Of a DNA stretch of 64,000 nucleotides, positions 38,480-47,803 are shown piece after piece (the stretch's first letter is position 1; every line of letters starts with the position of its first letter). Both the position numbers and the translations under genes were made by a program. The stretch spans positions 3,712,001 through 3,776,000 of the forward strand of contig OY764159.1 of assembly GCA_963668175.1 (NCBI GenBank). Direction: 5' to 3'. Under the pieces are notes generated by a model. The model saw only the letters and a list, made by a program, of their open reading frames with translations. It did not search any database and had not been told where the DNA came from. Origin of the DNA: Syntrophales bacterium (lineage in GTDB: Bacteria > Desulfobacterota > Syntrophia > Syntrophales > PHBD01).

Positions 38480-39529
38480 TTACAGGCAGTAGCCTTCATG
38501 CGGCATGAGGCTATATTTCGAAAGCACGGCGCCTGTATCCCGGATCACCGCATCGGGAAGTCGCACGCGGCCGTACAGCATCGGACCCGGTTTGGCTGAG
38601 GCTTCAGGACCGAAGGCAAAGAAATGATCGATGGCCTTGTTGGCATTGGTGAACGGATTGCCGTACGGCAGGGACTGGACCAGGGCGAAGACCTCGTTGA
38701 CCGCGGAGGTCAACCGGCCGGATATGTCGTCGCTTCTCTTCCGGTCACCCTCGGCCAATCCCTCCATCATATCAGCGAGCTCCCTGGCAAAACAGTTAGC
38801 CGTGCTGAGGAGGAACCCGTCGTAGGGCCCTCCCGCCTCTTTCAGCCACCTGGCATATTCCCCCTCGGCGCCCCGTACCATAAACACGTCTCCCTTATCG
38901 AAGGGCGACATGGCAACACGATCCTGACCACTTGAATCCTTGAAAAAGACCACATTGGCGCACGTGGCGACGATATCGGCAAAAGTCGCTGCAGATATTT
39001 CATTTTCGGTTATCTGGGGAAGCTGATACAGGGCTGTCGGAAGCCCCGTACGGAGTATCTCAGCCAGTCCGGCTTCTATTTCGGTTTGACGAAGAGTCTT
39101 GCCGGAAGGCGGACAGACCGTGAATCCGCAGACATTCTTCTCTTTCAGTATGGCAAGAAGCGTCTCAGGTTCCGTTTTCCGGACATCCGTCCCCAGCATG
39201 GACGACATCGTCGAAAGCATGTGTCGGACATCGCCCTTCAATACGCCGAGCAACAGATGGATATCCCGATTGCGGGCAAGCTGAAAGGCGAAGTCGGCGA
39301 CTGCGAGGGTTTGTTCGTCGTCCAAAGCCCAACCGTCGCCGGTCGAACCCGGGACAAGAAAGCCTTTGACCCAGGGAACAATGCGATCGAAATGGCGCGT
39401 CATGCGCTCGTAATCGATTGTACCGTCGTCACGGTAATGCGTGAGAAGTGGGCACCATAGTCTGGGAATACCGCCCTTGAAATGCTCCGCAATCAATTGT
39501 TGTCGTTTTTCGATAATCGTCTTATCCAT
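38480..39529 (-). CDS. Dihydrodipicolinate synthase/NAL-family aldolase (divergent)
   Basis: PLLTHY..DG.ID, GSTGDG, LYQLPQ, FKDSSG (Schiff-base Lys). Confidence 0.8.
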   Translation of the reverse strand: MDKTIIEKRQQLIAEHFKGGIPRLWCPLLTHYRDDGTIDYERMTRHFDRIVPWVKGFLVPGSTGDGWALDDEQTLAVADFAFQLARNRDIHLLLGVLKGDVRHMLSTMSSMLGTDVRKTEPETLLAILKEKNVCGFTVCPPSGKTLRQTEIEAGLAEILRTGLPTALYQLPQITENEISAATFADIVATCANVVFFKDSSGQDRVAMSPFDKGDVFMVRGAEGEYARWLKEAGGPYDGFLLSTANCFARELADMMEGLAEGDRKRSDDISGRLTSAVNEVFALVQSLPYGNPFTNANKAIDHFFAFGPEASAKPGPMLYGRVRLPDAVIRDTGAVLSKYSLMPHEGYCL

Positions 39530-39709
39530 GGCCCGTCCTTTCGCCGGATCAACATCTGATTGTTATCAATAACAGCCGTCTTCTGCCCGATTTCTCGGAT
39601 GGACCGCGTTCCAAACCCATTCTCTTTGCCTCCTCTTTTATAACACAGTTACGATCGGCATGCCGCATTTTTAGTCCATACGGGCAAGATAACCCCAACC
39701 GCTTTGCAT

Positions 39710-39751
39710 AAAAAACGGGGGCGCCGGAGTTTCGTCACTCCATCGCCCCCG
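39710..39751 (-). terminator. Intrinsic terminator of the flavoprotein-cytochrome operon
   Basis: CGGGGGCG/CGCCCCCG stem followed by a T-run on the minus strand. Confidence 0.7.
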
Positions 39752-39785
39752 CTAAAAGGAGTCTTTCCGAACTTAAGATCACGTA

Positions 39786-40517
39786 TCAGGGTTTCGCGGC
39801 AGCCGATCCTTTGATCTTCATATCGAACTTCTTGTGGCAGTCCAGACAGAAGACCTTGGATTCTGCGTGGGCCTTGTGACAGACCGTGCAGGCGATGTCG
39901 CCCAAATGAGATTTATGGGGATTGCGGTCCTTGAAATCTTTCGGTTCCGTCTTCTTGGCCAACTGGTCCATGGGTCCGTGACATGCGAGACACCGGTTGT
40001 TGTCGACGGTGTCGTCGGCCTTCGGAAGGGTCTTGCCGTGACATTGGGCACAACCCATGCCGGCTTTGGCATGGAGGTTGTCCGTAAAACTCGAACCCGC
40101 CCAGGAACCGAAAATCTGCTTGATCAAGGTCATGTCATCGTTCTTGGGAGCACCCCAGGAACCTTTCTGTCCGATCAATCCGAAAGACTTGCCGGGTGTC
40201 CAGGAATGGCAGGCCTGACATTCCAGGCTCCCCTTGGGGGGCGTATGGGCCAGGTGCATCCGGGCGGCAAACCCGTTTTTCTTTGTCGAACCGGTCATAT
40301 CCGGCGCATGACAGGACGTACAGGCAGCGAGGTCCTTACCCTTCACGGCAGGATGCCCTTTTGGAAGCACGGAAGAAAAATCGGCATGACAGGTTGCACA
40401 ATTCGCCTTGGCTGCCTTGGCAGGCTTGGCCGCCTCTACGGCGCTGTAATTGGACAACAGACAGACCAGCGCCACTACGGCGACGAGAGCTGTAACAGGT
40501 AACCAGGTTTTTTTCAT
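39786..40517 (-). CDS. Periplasmic 7-heme cytochrome c
   Basis: Signal peptide; CATCH, CTSCH, CQACH, CAQCH, CLACH, CTVCH, CLDCH. Confidence 0.92.
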   Translation of the reverse strand: MKKTWLPVTALVAVVALVCLLSNYSAVEAAKPAKAAKANCATCHADFSSVLPKGHPAVKGKDLAACTSCHAPDMTGSTKKNGFAARMHLAHTPPKGSLECQACHSWTPGKSFGLIGQKGSWGAPKNDDMTLIKQIFGSWAGSSFTDNLHAKAGMGCAQCHGKTLPKADDTVDNNRCLACHGPMDQLAKKTEPKDFKDRNPHKSHLGDIACTVCHKAHAESKVFCLDCHKKFDMKIKGSAAAKP

Positions 40518-40579
40518 GATCAGCCATCCTTATAAATAATGGGGGTCCGGGTGGCCCCGGACCCTCGTATGTTAGAAGG

Positions 40580-42148
40580 TTATGCCTTTTCCTTGACGGC
40601 ATTTCTTCCGGCGATCCGGCCGTGAACGACGCAATCGGGGATGGCGTTACTTCCCAGACGGTTGGAACCGTGGACACCGCCAGTGAATTCGCCGGCGGCA
40701 TAGAACTTGGGAATAACGGCACCGAACACGTCGATGACCTGGGCATTGGCATTGATCCTGATTCCGCCCATTGTGTGATGTACGGCGGGCCACTGGGCCA
40801 AACCATAGAACGGCCCCTTTACCAAGGGGATCATGACCTTCGTGATGGGTTTACCGAAATCAGGATCCTTGCCGCCCTCTATGTAGTTGTTGTGTTTATC
40901 AATAGTCGCAACCAACTCGCCGCTGGGTATGCCCAGCTTGGAGCCCAGTTCGGAAATGGAGTCGGCCTTGATGAAACGGCCCTTGGCAAGACCTGCCTCG
41001 ATTTCTTCGTTGGCACCGCCCATGGGCAGGACCATGGCATCATTGAAGATGGAATAGGTCGGTTTTGCGTTCGGGCCCAAATTGATCTGGGCAAAGGCGC
41101 AGACGTCGCGGCGCTCCAGTTCGTTCACGAACCGTTTACCCTGTTTGGTGACATACACGATGCCGTAGCCGGGACCGTTGAAGGGGTAAACAGCGGGCGT
41201 GTCCAGAATTCCCGTGTCCGGTTCGGCGAAGGGATAAAGCTGGATGAAGTTCATCTGCAGGGAGTCGGCGCCGATGGCTTCGGCGAAACGGATCGTCTCA
41301 CCGGTGGCTCCCGGATGGTTCGTGCAGTTGAATGACGGAACCAATCTGGGGTTATGAGCCATTCTCATCTTGATGTCTTGGCTGAAACCGCCCGACGCCA
41401 TGATGACGGCCTTTTTGGCCTTGATGTTAATCACTTTCCTGCCTCTCTTGACTTCCACGCCGAGAACGGGGCTCTTGGGATCGGCGTCTTTTCGCCAAAT
41501 CCAGGTGACTTCTGAATTCAGGGTCGGTTTCACGCCCCTCTTTTCGCAAATCTTGCGCAGGGCTTCCGTGTACTCGCGGCCGACACCGATCGACGCGGAA
41601 TGGGTCCGGTAAGCCGTATGGCCGCCGGCACGGGTTACGGTAGGACGAATCTTGGCCCCGCCTTCGTCGATCATCCAGTTGAGGGCTTCTGTAGCGCCGT
41701 TGGCGACATTGGCCGCCAATTCCGGCAGGCTGTAGTAGTCGCCGCCCTTGAGGGTGTCGTTCGTGTGCTGCTGGGGACTGTCGTCACCCAGGTTCAGTTT
41801 CTGCCGATAATGAAATTTGTCATCCCACGATGCATAGACGCCGCCGTTAATGATGGAATTTCCGCCATAGGTCGGCATTTTTTCGAGGACGACGACCGAG
41901 GAGCCGGCACCCGCCACTTCAGCCGCTGCCGCCAAACCTGCAAATCCCGACCCGACAACGACGACATCAAATGTTTCATCCCACTTCTTCGGAAGGGCCT
42001 TGATCATTGCATCGGCACTACCCGGAGCGGCCAGGTTGAGGGCCAAACCACCCGTCGCGGTCACGGCACCCAGTGCCAAAGCGCTTTTCAACATTGAACG
42101 ACGGCTTACCCCATTACCTGCTTGCTTCTCCTTCGCTTTTTTCTCCAT
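40580..42148 (-). CDS. Tat-exported flavocytochrome c flavin subunit (fumarate/urocanate/acrylate reductase family)
   Basis: SRRSMLK, VVGSGFAGLAAA, GGNSIINGG, IQLYP, ELERRD, HHTMGG, HGSNRLGSN. Confidence 0.92.
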   Translation of the reverse strand: MEKKAKEKQAGNGVSRRSMLKSALALGAVTATGGLALNLAAPGSADAMIKALPKKWDETFDVVVVGSGFAGLAAAAEVAGAGSSVVVLEKMPTYGGNSIINGGVYASWDDKFHYRQKLNLGDDSPQQHTNDTLKGGDYYSLPELAANVANGATEALNWMIDEGGAKIRPTVTRAGGHTAYRTHSASIGVGREYTEALRKICEKRGVKPTLNSEVTWIWRKDADPKSPVLGVEVKRGRKVINIKAKKAVIMASGGFSQDIKMRMAHNPRLVPSFNCTNHPGATGETIRFAEAIGADSLQMNFIQLYPFAEPDTGILDTPAVYPFNGPGYGIVYVTKQGKRFVNELERRDVCAFAQINLGPNAKPTYSIFNDAMVLPMGGANEEIEAGLAKGRFIKADSISELGSKLGIPSGELVATIDKHNNYIEGGKDPDFGKPITKVMIPLVKGPFYGLAQWPAVHHTMGGIRINANAQVIDVFGAVIPKFYAAGEFTGGVHGSNRLGSNAIPDCVVHGRIAGRNAVKEKA

Positions 42149-42359
42149 ATTGACCTCCAAAATATAAAAAATTAAACAATATATCTTCGGCGGACCGCCG
42201 AAGTCCTCTACCTCCAGTACAACTTCATTACCCCTTGGTATTTTAAATCATGAGAGAATTTATCCGATCTGTCAATAGGACAAAGGATGATAATTCCATA
42301 GGATTTTACGCGGACCCCTTCCGGCGAACAGCGGCTGGCAGGGTTTGAACAGTCTTCCT

Positions 42360-42902
42360 CTATTTTAAAAAAGGCTGCGGTATGTTGGCTAGTATATTTC
42401 TCGCCTTCCCGTAATAAGCATCCAGCTTACCGAGGACGCTGCCGGCAAATGCCTTGACATCCCCGTCCCTTCCCTTTTCAATCTCTTCCTTGTAAAGAAC
42501 GACGTTGCGCTGATGTTCGTCCATCATCAGACTCATGTACTGTCTGTCGAATGCGGCTCCGTATTCTTTAGATAAAAAGGAGGTCGTGTTCTGGCGGATA
42601 TGGTCCCGGTCGGCCTCAAGTTTGATACCCTTGCGGTCCGATATACGTTTCAGGTTTTGGTTGATTTTTTCCTGGTCTTCGATCATCTGCCGGCTGAATT
42701 CCTTAACATCTCCGCTTGCCGCTTGCTTGAGGGCCAGGTCCCCCAGGATCATCAACCAGGAACTGCTGGAGTACGCATCCTGCAGAAACTGCCGGTCGGC
42801 ATCCGTCTTTATCTGTCCCTCCGCGACTGCCGTCGGTACGGCCAAGGAAAGACACAGGATGATCATCACCGTTATCAGACAAATATTTCCTCTCCACTTC
42901 AT
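42360..42902 (-). CDS. DUF4142 family exported protein
   Basis: Signal peptide; D.QFL..A, VKEFS.QMIED, GAAFDRQY...M...H, DVKAFA. Confidence 0.75.
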   Translation of the reverse strand: MKWRGNICLITVMIILCLSLAVPTAVAEGQIKTDADRQFLQDAYSSSSWLMILGDLALKQAASGDVKEFSRQMIEDQEKINQNLKRISDRKGIKLEADRDHIRQNTTSFLSKEYGAAFDRQYMSLMMDEHQRNVVLYKEEIEKGRDGDVKAFAGSVLGKLDAYYGKARNILANIPQPFLK

Positions 42903-42922
42903 GAACGCTTCTCCATTAATTG

Positions 42923-43462
42923 TCAGTGGGGCTCGGAATGCTTCCGGTGTTCGAACCAGTTATCCCGGTAAACGGCAGCGAGTTCCCTCGATTTCAGGAT
43001 CAGAAGATTCTCGGCGTTCAATTCCTCCGATGCCCTGTTAAAATTGAACGATCCGGTCACAACGACCTCCCGATCGATGACAATGACGCGATTGTTGGCA
43101 ATGGCATGGATACCGTCCAAAAAGACCGGGATACCGGCATTGGCCATAATGGCCGGAGGCGTAAGGCCTTCCTGGCGGTCTGATTTGTCGATGACAACCT
43201 GGACACGGACACCTCTTTTGTGAGCATCGACGAGGGCTTGGGTCAGGACCGGCGATCCGATGGTGTAAGCCTGAACAAGGATCTCCGATCGCGCTTTGAC
43301 AATCTGTTGACGGATGGCTTCGAGACATCCTCCCTGGGGGCTGAAACAGACCAGAACAGGTGTATTGCCGCGGAGGACAAGATCATGAGCGTGGACAGAG
43401 CGCATAGAGAAGAAGACTGCCAGGACAAAGATCAAACTGATGGTGAGGGCAAATTTTCTCAT
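42923..43462 (-). CDS. Phospholipase D / Nuc-family protein with degenerate HxK motif
   Basis: FSPQGGC, ILVQAY, VIDKS, TGSFNF, NAENLL; HAIANNRVIVID where HNK is expected. Confidence 0.82.
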   Translation of the reverse strand: MRKFALTISLIFVLAVFFSMRSVHAHDLVLRGNTPVLVCFSPQGGCLEAIRQQIVKARSEILVQAYTIGSPVLTQALVDAHKRGVRVQVVIDKSDRQEGLTPPAIMANAGIPVFLDGIHAIANNRVIVIDREVVVTGSFNFNRASEELNAENLLILKSRELAAVYRDNWFEHRKHSEPH

Positions 43463-43622
43463 ATAACCAGCCCGTTAAGATGATATATATATAACCGGAC
43501 TTGTTTTTTCTGTCAAGCTATATGAATATGTACAAGAATTACATTGTCTGAACTCTTAAAGAGAAAAGGATTGCCTGACCCAATCGGGCATAAAACAGGA
43601 CAGCAGGAAGAATTGAAACAAT

Positions 43623-44036
43623 ATGAATAAAACAGACAGAGCGACGACCGTGGTTATCGCCGCGGCGGCCTTTTGGTTCTTCGCCGGCACGGCGCTTGCG
43701 GCACCATTCCAAGATATGGTCTGTAAAGGGAAATCTTCCCGGATGGCGGCGATATGCCGGGCGAAGCCCCTCGGCGAAGCCAAGGACGAAATCATCTGCC
43801 TGTCGGCAGGACAAGACGACTCCCCCCGCATATACCGCTGCGCGTACCAGATCAGGGATTGGGGAGCAACGTCGTCGCCGTATGCGCACACCTCGCGGGT
43901 ATGGACATGCCGGGGTGGAGAGGATTCCGTCTATCTATTCGAACAGGATTACCACATCGATGCCAACCGGTGCGATATCTTATGCGGGCGCTGCAATTCG
44001 GGTTGGCGCCCGGCCGGGGAAAAAACCGGGCCATAA
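43623..44036 (+). CDS. Small secreted Cys-rich hypothetical protein
   Basis: Signal peptide ending ALA; 8 Cys in the mature part. Confidence 0.6.
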   Translation: MNKTDRATTVVIAAAAFWFFAGTALAAPFQDMVCKGKSSRMAAICRAKPLGEAKDEIICLSAGQDDSPRIYRCAYQIRDWGATSSPYAHTSRVWTCRGGEDSVYLFEQDYHIDANRCDILCGRCNSGWRPAGEKTGP

Positions 44037-44079
44037 CTCCCGGTGTCTTCTCCCGGGTGCAGTCAAGAAGCAGAGGATA

Positions 44080-44868
44080 TTATCTGAGCAGCGCGACAGC
44101 TATCACGATAACGCCCAGGGCAAACCTGTACCAGACAAAAGGCAGGAAGGTTTTCGTCTGGACGTAGCGCAGCAGGAATCCGATACTGGCGACGCCTGTC
44201 AGACATGACACAACCATCCCCACGACAAAACTTCCCGTGACCATAGACGGATTCGCCGCAATTTGAGGCAGTTTGACCAAGGCGGCCCCAAGAATAATCG
44301 GTGCCGAAAGAAGGAAGGAGAAACGCGCCGCTCCTTCCCTTGTCAGTCCGAGGATCAATCCTACGGTCATGGTGATACCGGAACGCGAAACCCCGGGAAT
44401 AATAGCCAAAGCTTGGGAGATACCGATAAGAAGAGAGGTTTTGAAGGTAATGGCCCTGAGGTCGATGTTTTTGTGACTCTTCCTGTCCGCCAAATAAAGG
44501 ATAATGCCCAGGATGATGAGCATAAAGGCGATGAGCAAGGGATTTCTGAACGTGGTTTCCGCCTTGTGCTCCAAGAGCAGTCCGATCAAACCGCCGGGAA
44601 TCGTCGCCGCAACTAGATACCAGAAGAGGCGTCCCTCCACGCTCTTTCTGTCTGTAAATCCCTTAAGGAGAAGATTCAGCCAGTCCCTCCAGAAGTAAAG
44701 AACAACGGCGACTAGGGTCCCCAGATGCAGGGCGATATCGAACGTAAGCCCCGGGTCCGTCCAATTGAAAAGCCACGGGACGAGGACCAGATGGGCCGAA
44801 CTCGATATGGGCAGAAATTCCCCCAATCCCTGGACCAATCCCAGAATGACAGACTCAAACAGATTCAA
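44080..44868 (-). CDS. uppP: Undecaprenyl-diphosphate phosphatase
   Basis: QGLGEFLPISSSAHL, PGVSRSG, RFSFLL. Confidence 0.95.
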   Translation of the reverse strand: MNLFESVILGLVQGLGEFLPISSSAHLVLVPWLFNWTDPGLTFDIALHLGTLVAVVLYFWRDWLNLLLKGFTDRKSVEGRLFWYLVAATIPGGLIGLLLEHKAETTFRNPLLIAFMLIILGIILYLADRKSHKNIDLRAITFKTSLLIGISQALAIIPGVSRSGITMTVGLILGLTREGAARFSFLLSAPIILGAALVKLPQIAANPSMVTGSFVVGMVVSCLTGVASIGFLLRYVQTKTFLPFVWYRFALGVIVIAVALLR

Positions 44869-45391
44869 CTCTCACCTCCGCATAGGTCATTTCTAACAAA
44901 AACAGATATCGCCCGTCTTCCCGGCAAACATACCGCCAGGAAATACCGCATCGACCGCAATATCAGGACATGCTTACACAGGATTGTCCCGAGAGATTCG
45001 GATAGGCTTTCTTCAGAGACCGATACAAAAACACGGCATTTTCGAGTCGCATCTATTACCTTACGAGTGTTGATTTGTCCATGGCATTATTCCCGCTTCC
45101 CCATGCTTCATCAAAAAGCCATTCCGCATCGCATTGGCTGCGGCCTGAAATTTTTCCATCTTCATTCCCGCAAGCTTCAATAATCTTCATATTCCTGACG
45201 CCGGTATCGAGCGCCATGCCGTCTTTCGAAGTAACCGGATGACAAGGCATAAGGCCCGTACGGTCTTTTCGTATTGACACCTGATCCGTTTCCCAATATA
45301 TATATTCCTATACATCGTCTGATAGAATCATTGCCAGTAATTTCGTCAGGAGATTGAAGCCATTCCGGAACAGATTCTTTCGCCCGATTTC

Positions 45392-47710
45392 TTGGAAATA
45401 TCCGCCGAAGGCGCTTTTGTAAGTGTTCATAAACTAAACGAGAGCGGCCCGTTTTTAGCGTTTGCCCAGGAAGTGTTTTCGAAGGGCTATTATTTAAGCG
45501 AATTAAACTATCCGAATTTCTGCGGCATCCTTTACGACTTTAAGAGATTCAGAAGTAAGAACGAAAAAGCATTTCTGGCCAAAGCCTTAATCACCCTGCC
45601 TGCAGAAAAGAAACCTCTATACGAAAGATTCAAAATCAAAGACGACACGGCCTACTACGAATTCGGGCCGATTTTCCTGCCTGGCGAAGGGCGAAGGGAC
45701 ATCGAGATCAATATCAATTTCGATGAACTCGTTGCGGCCGCATGGAACAAGCAGATCTGCTTCGGCCTGAAAGAAGACGTCATCCGCCAGAAGCTTAAGA
45801 GCCGTTTCACGGGCCTGAACGTCATCGCCCAGGCGACCAAACCGAAAAACGGGGAAGACGCCCGTCTGGAACATATCGTTAAACTTGAAAAGGATTACTC
45901 TCCGGTGGAAGACCCGAGAACTGGCCGTCTCGATTTGAAACGCAACAAATGCACCTTCCCGCAAATCGCCGACAAACTCCAGAACAAGATCATCCGCAAG
46001 GTCCGGGCCACCGAGGGCTCACCCGGATACCACCTGAACGGCAAGATCATTCCTTCCAAACCGGGGCATGATGTCGAATTGAAAACCATGGCCGGAGAAG
46101 GAACGGAGGTCGTCACGGAGAGCGGTACGGAATACCTCGCCGCCAACCGCGTCGGGTATATCGTCTCCGATCCCAAGACCGGCAAGATTGGTGTGACTTC
46201 CGAAGCCCAGAATCATTCGCCGATCGGACCGGAAACAGGCAATCTGGAAATCAAGGCGGCGCAGATCGTCCAGTATAACGACATTCAGAACGGCTATTCC
46301 ATCAAATGCAAGAACATCACCGTGGAGAGCGGCGATGTCAGCGGTGAAATCATATCCGAAACGGGCCTGATCGAAATCAAGGGCAATGTGAGCAGCGGAC
46401 GGCTGATAGCGCAGGACGGAACCATCGTGGTCAAGGGCATCGTCATGATGAATGCCTACCTTGAATGCCTGCACGGCCGTATCGACTTGCAGACGGTGGA
46501 GAACTCGACGGTCATCGGCGAAAGCATCTCGATCCAGTCCGCCCTCAATTGCAATATCATCGGCGAAAGCGTCTCGATTGCCAATCTGCAATCATCCAAA
46601 ATCACAGGCGTTTCCGTCTTTGTTGAAAATGTGGCTGCCTCCGGCAAGAAAGGCGAAGTCACGGACATCGTTATCCCTATCCTCGACATGCAGGACAAGA
46701 GAATCCGCGTTATCAGCCATATCCTGGAGGAGAAGAAGGCACTGATTCCGGACCAGGAAGCCAGACTCAAGAACCTGAGAGAGAATAAGATTCTTTTAAC
46801 GTACCTGGAGGCGATGAAGGCCGAAGACGGGCCGACGATGAACGCCCTCCGCCGTCATGCCATGCCCATCATGAACGACATGAGCAAGATGACCAAGGAG
46901 GTTGACAGCGCCAAAGAGGAGATTGCCACGATAGAAGACAACCTCCGAAAACTGACGGCGGACCAGGACGGCAGGGTTGAAAACCTCCGGAAGACACAGC
47001 GGTGCATTATAGAAAATGCGCCGGGCGAAACGGTTAATTTGAAGCTTTACGGCGGGTTGGACTGGCCTCCGGATTTCAATCGAATCGGCCGTGCGGAAGA
47101 CGCCTCCCACAGAAATTTCATGTCTCTCGTCGACAGCCTGACAGGCGGCTTCAGCAATTACAAGAGGAAGGGTTACGTCCGGCTGTTGAAGGAAGCATGC
47201 CATTACGATCACTTTGACTTGGTCAAGATGTACGAGAACGCGGAAATCATCGATACGGCTCACGGCGGCGCCGGCAAGACGGAAACGCAAGGGCCCCAAA
47301 AAACGGAGCATCGGGAAAGCCGGGCGCATGTCATATCCGAAGAAGATTTCAAGCATTTTATAAAAGAGAAAAAGTGGCCGCCCAGAAAACAGAGCATCGA
47401 AATAGCCGTGGACGGGATTTTCAAAGGATACCTCAACGATTTCAGTACGACTGAAATGACTATGCTGATGGAAAAGAACCAGAAATGGAGGCCTGTCTTC
47501 GAAAAAGGCGAAAAATTGAAACTCGTCGCCCAGGTTTTCGGGAACGAATTGAAATATGACTACATCATCGCCTACATCACGGACAGGCATGATTATATCA
47601 GAGTGGGAGGCTATTTCATCAATATCAGCAACGAGGACGTGGACAAGCTCTATAAGCTGAAGAACCGGTTTGAGGTCCTGCAAAAATCTTCCGATACCGC
47701 CGGGAGGTGA
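45392..47710 (+). CDS. FapA (DUF342)-like protein with degenerate C-terminal PilZ-like domain
   Basis: PKNGEDA, GRLDLK, G.PG..LNG..I...PG.D, beta-solenoid region, coiled coil, beta-rich C-terminus; start uncertain. Confidence 0.7.
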   Translation: MEISAEGAFVSVHKLNESGPFLAFAQEVFSKGYYLSELNYPNFCGILYDFKRFRSKNEKAFLAKALITLPAEKKPLYERFKIKDDTAYYEFGPIFLPGEGRRDIEININFDELVAAAWNKQICFGLKEDVIRQKLKSRFTGLNVIAQATKPKNGEDARLEHIVKLEKDYSPVEDPRTGRLDLKRNKCTFPQIADKLQNKIIRKVRATEGSPGYHLNGKIIPSKPGHDVELKTMAGEGTEVVTESGTEYLAANRVGYIVSDPKTGKIGVTSEAQNHSPIGPETGNLEIKAAQIVQYNDIQNGYSIKCKNITVESGDVSGEIISETGLIEIKGNVSSGRLIAQDGTIVVKGIVMMNAYLECLHGRIDLQTVENSTVIGESISIQSALNCNIIGESVSIANLQSSKITGVSVFVENVAASGKKGEVTDIVIPILDMQDKRIRVISHILEEKKALIPDQEARLKNLRENKILLTYLEAMKAEDGPTMNALRRHAMPIMNDMSKMTKEVDSAKEEIATIEDNLRKLTADQDGRVENLRKTQRCIIENAPGETVNLKLYGGLDWPPDFNRIGRAEDASHRNFMSLVDSLTGGFSNYKRKGYVRLLKEACHYDHFDLVKMYENAEIIDTAHGGAGKTETQGPQKTEHRESRAHVISEEDFKHFIKEKKWPPRKQSIEIAVDGIFKGYLNDFSTTEMTMLMEKNQKWRPVFEKGEKLKLVAQVFGNELKYDYIIAYITDRHDYIRVGGYFINISNEDVDKLYKLKNRFEVLQKSSDTAGR

Positions 47711-47803
47711 AGACAAAGCCGATCCCCGCATCATCGAAGGGACCGGTGAAAATCGGGGATGCCCCGGGAAAGGCGGCCGGATGGACAGATTATCCGGTTT
47801 CGA

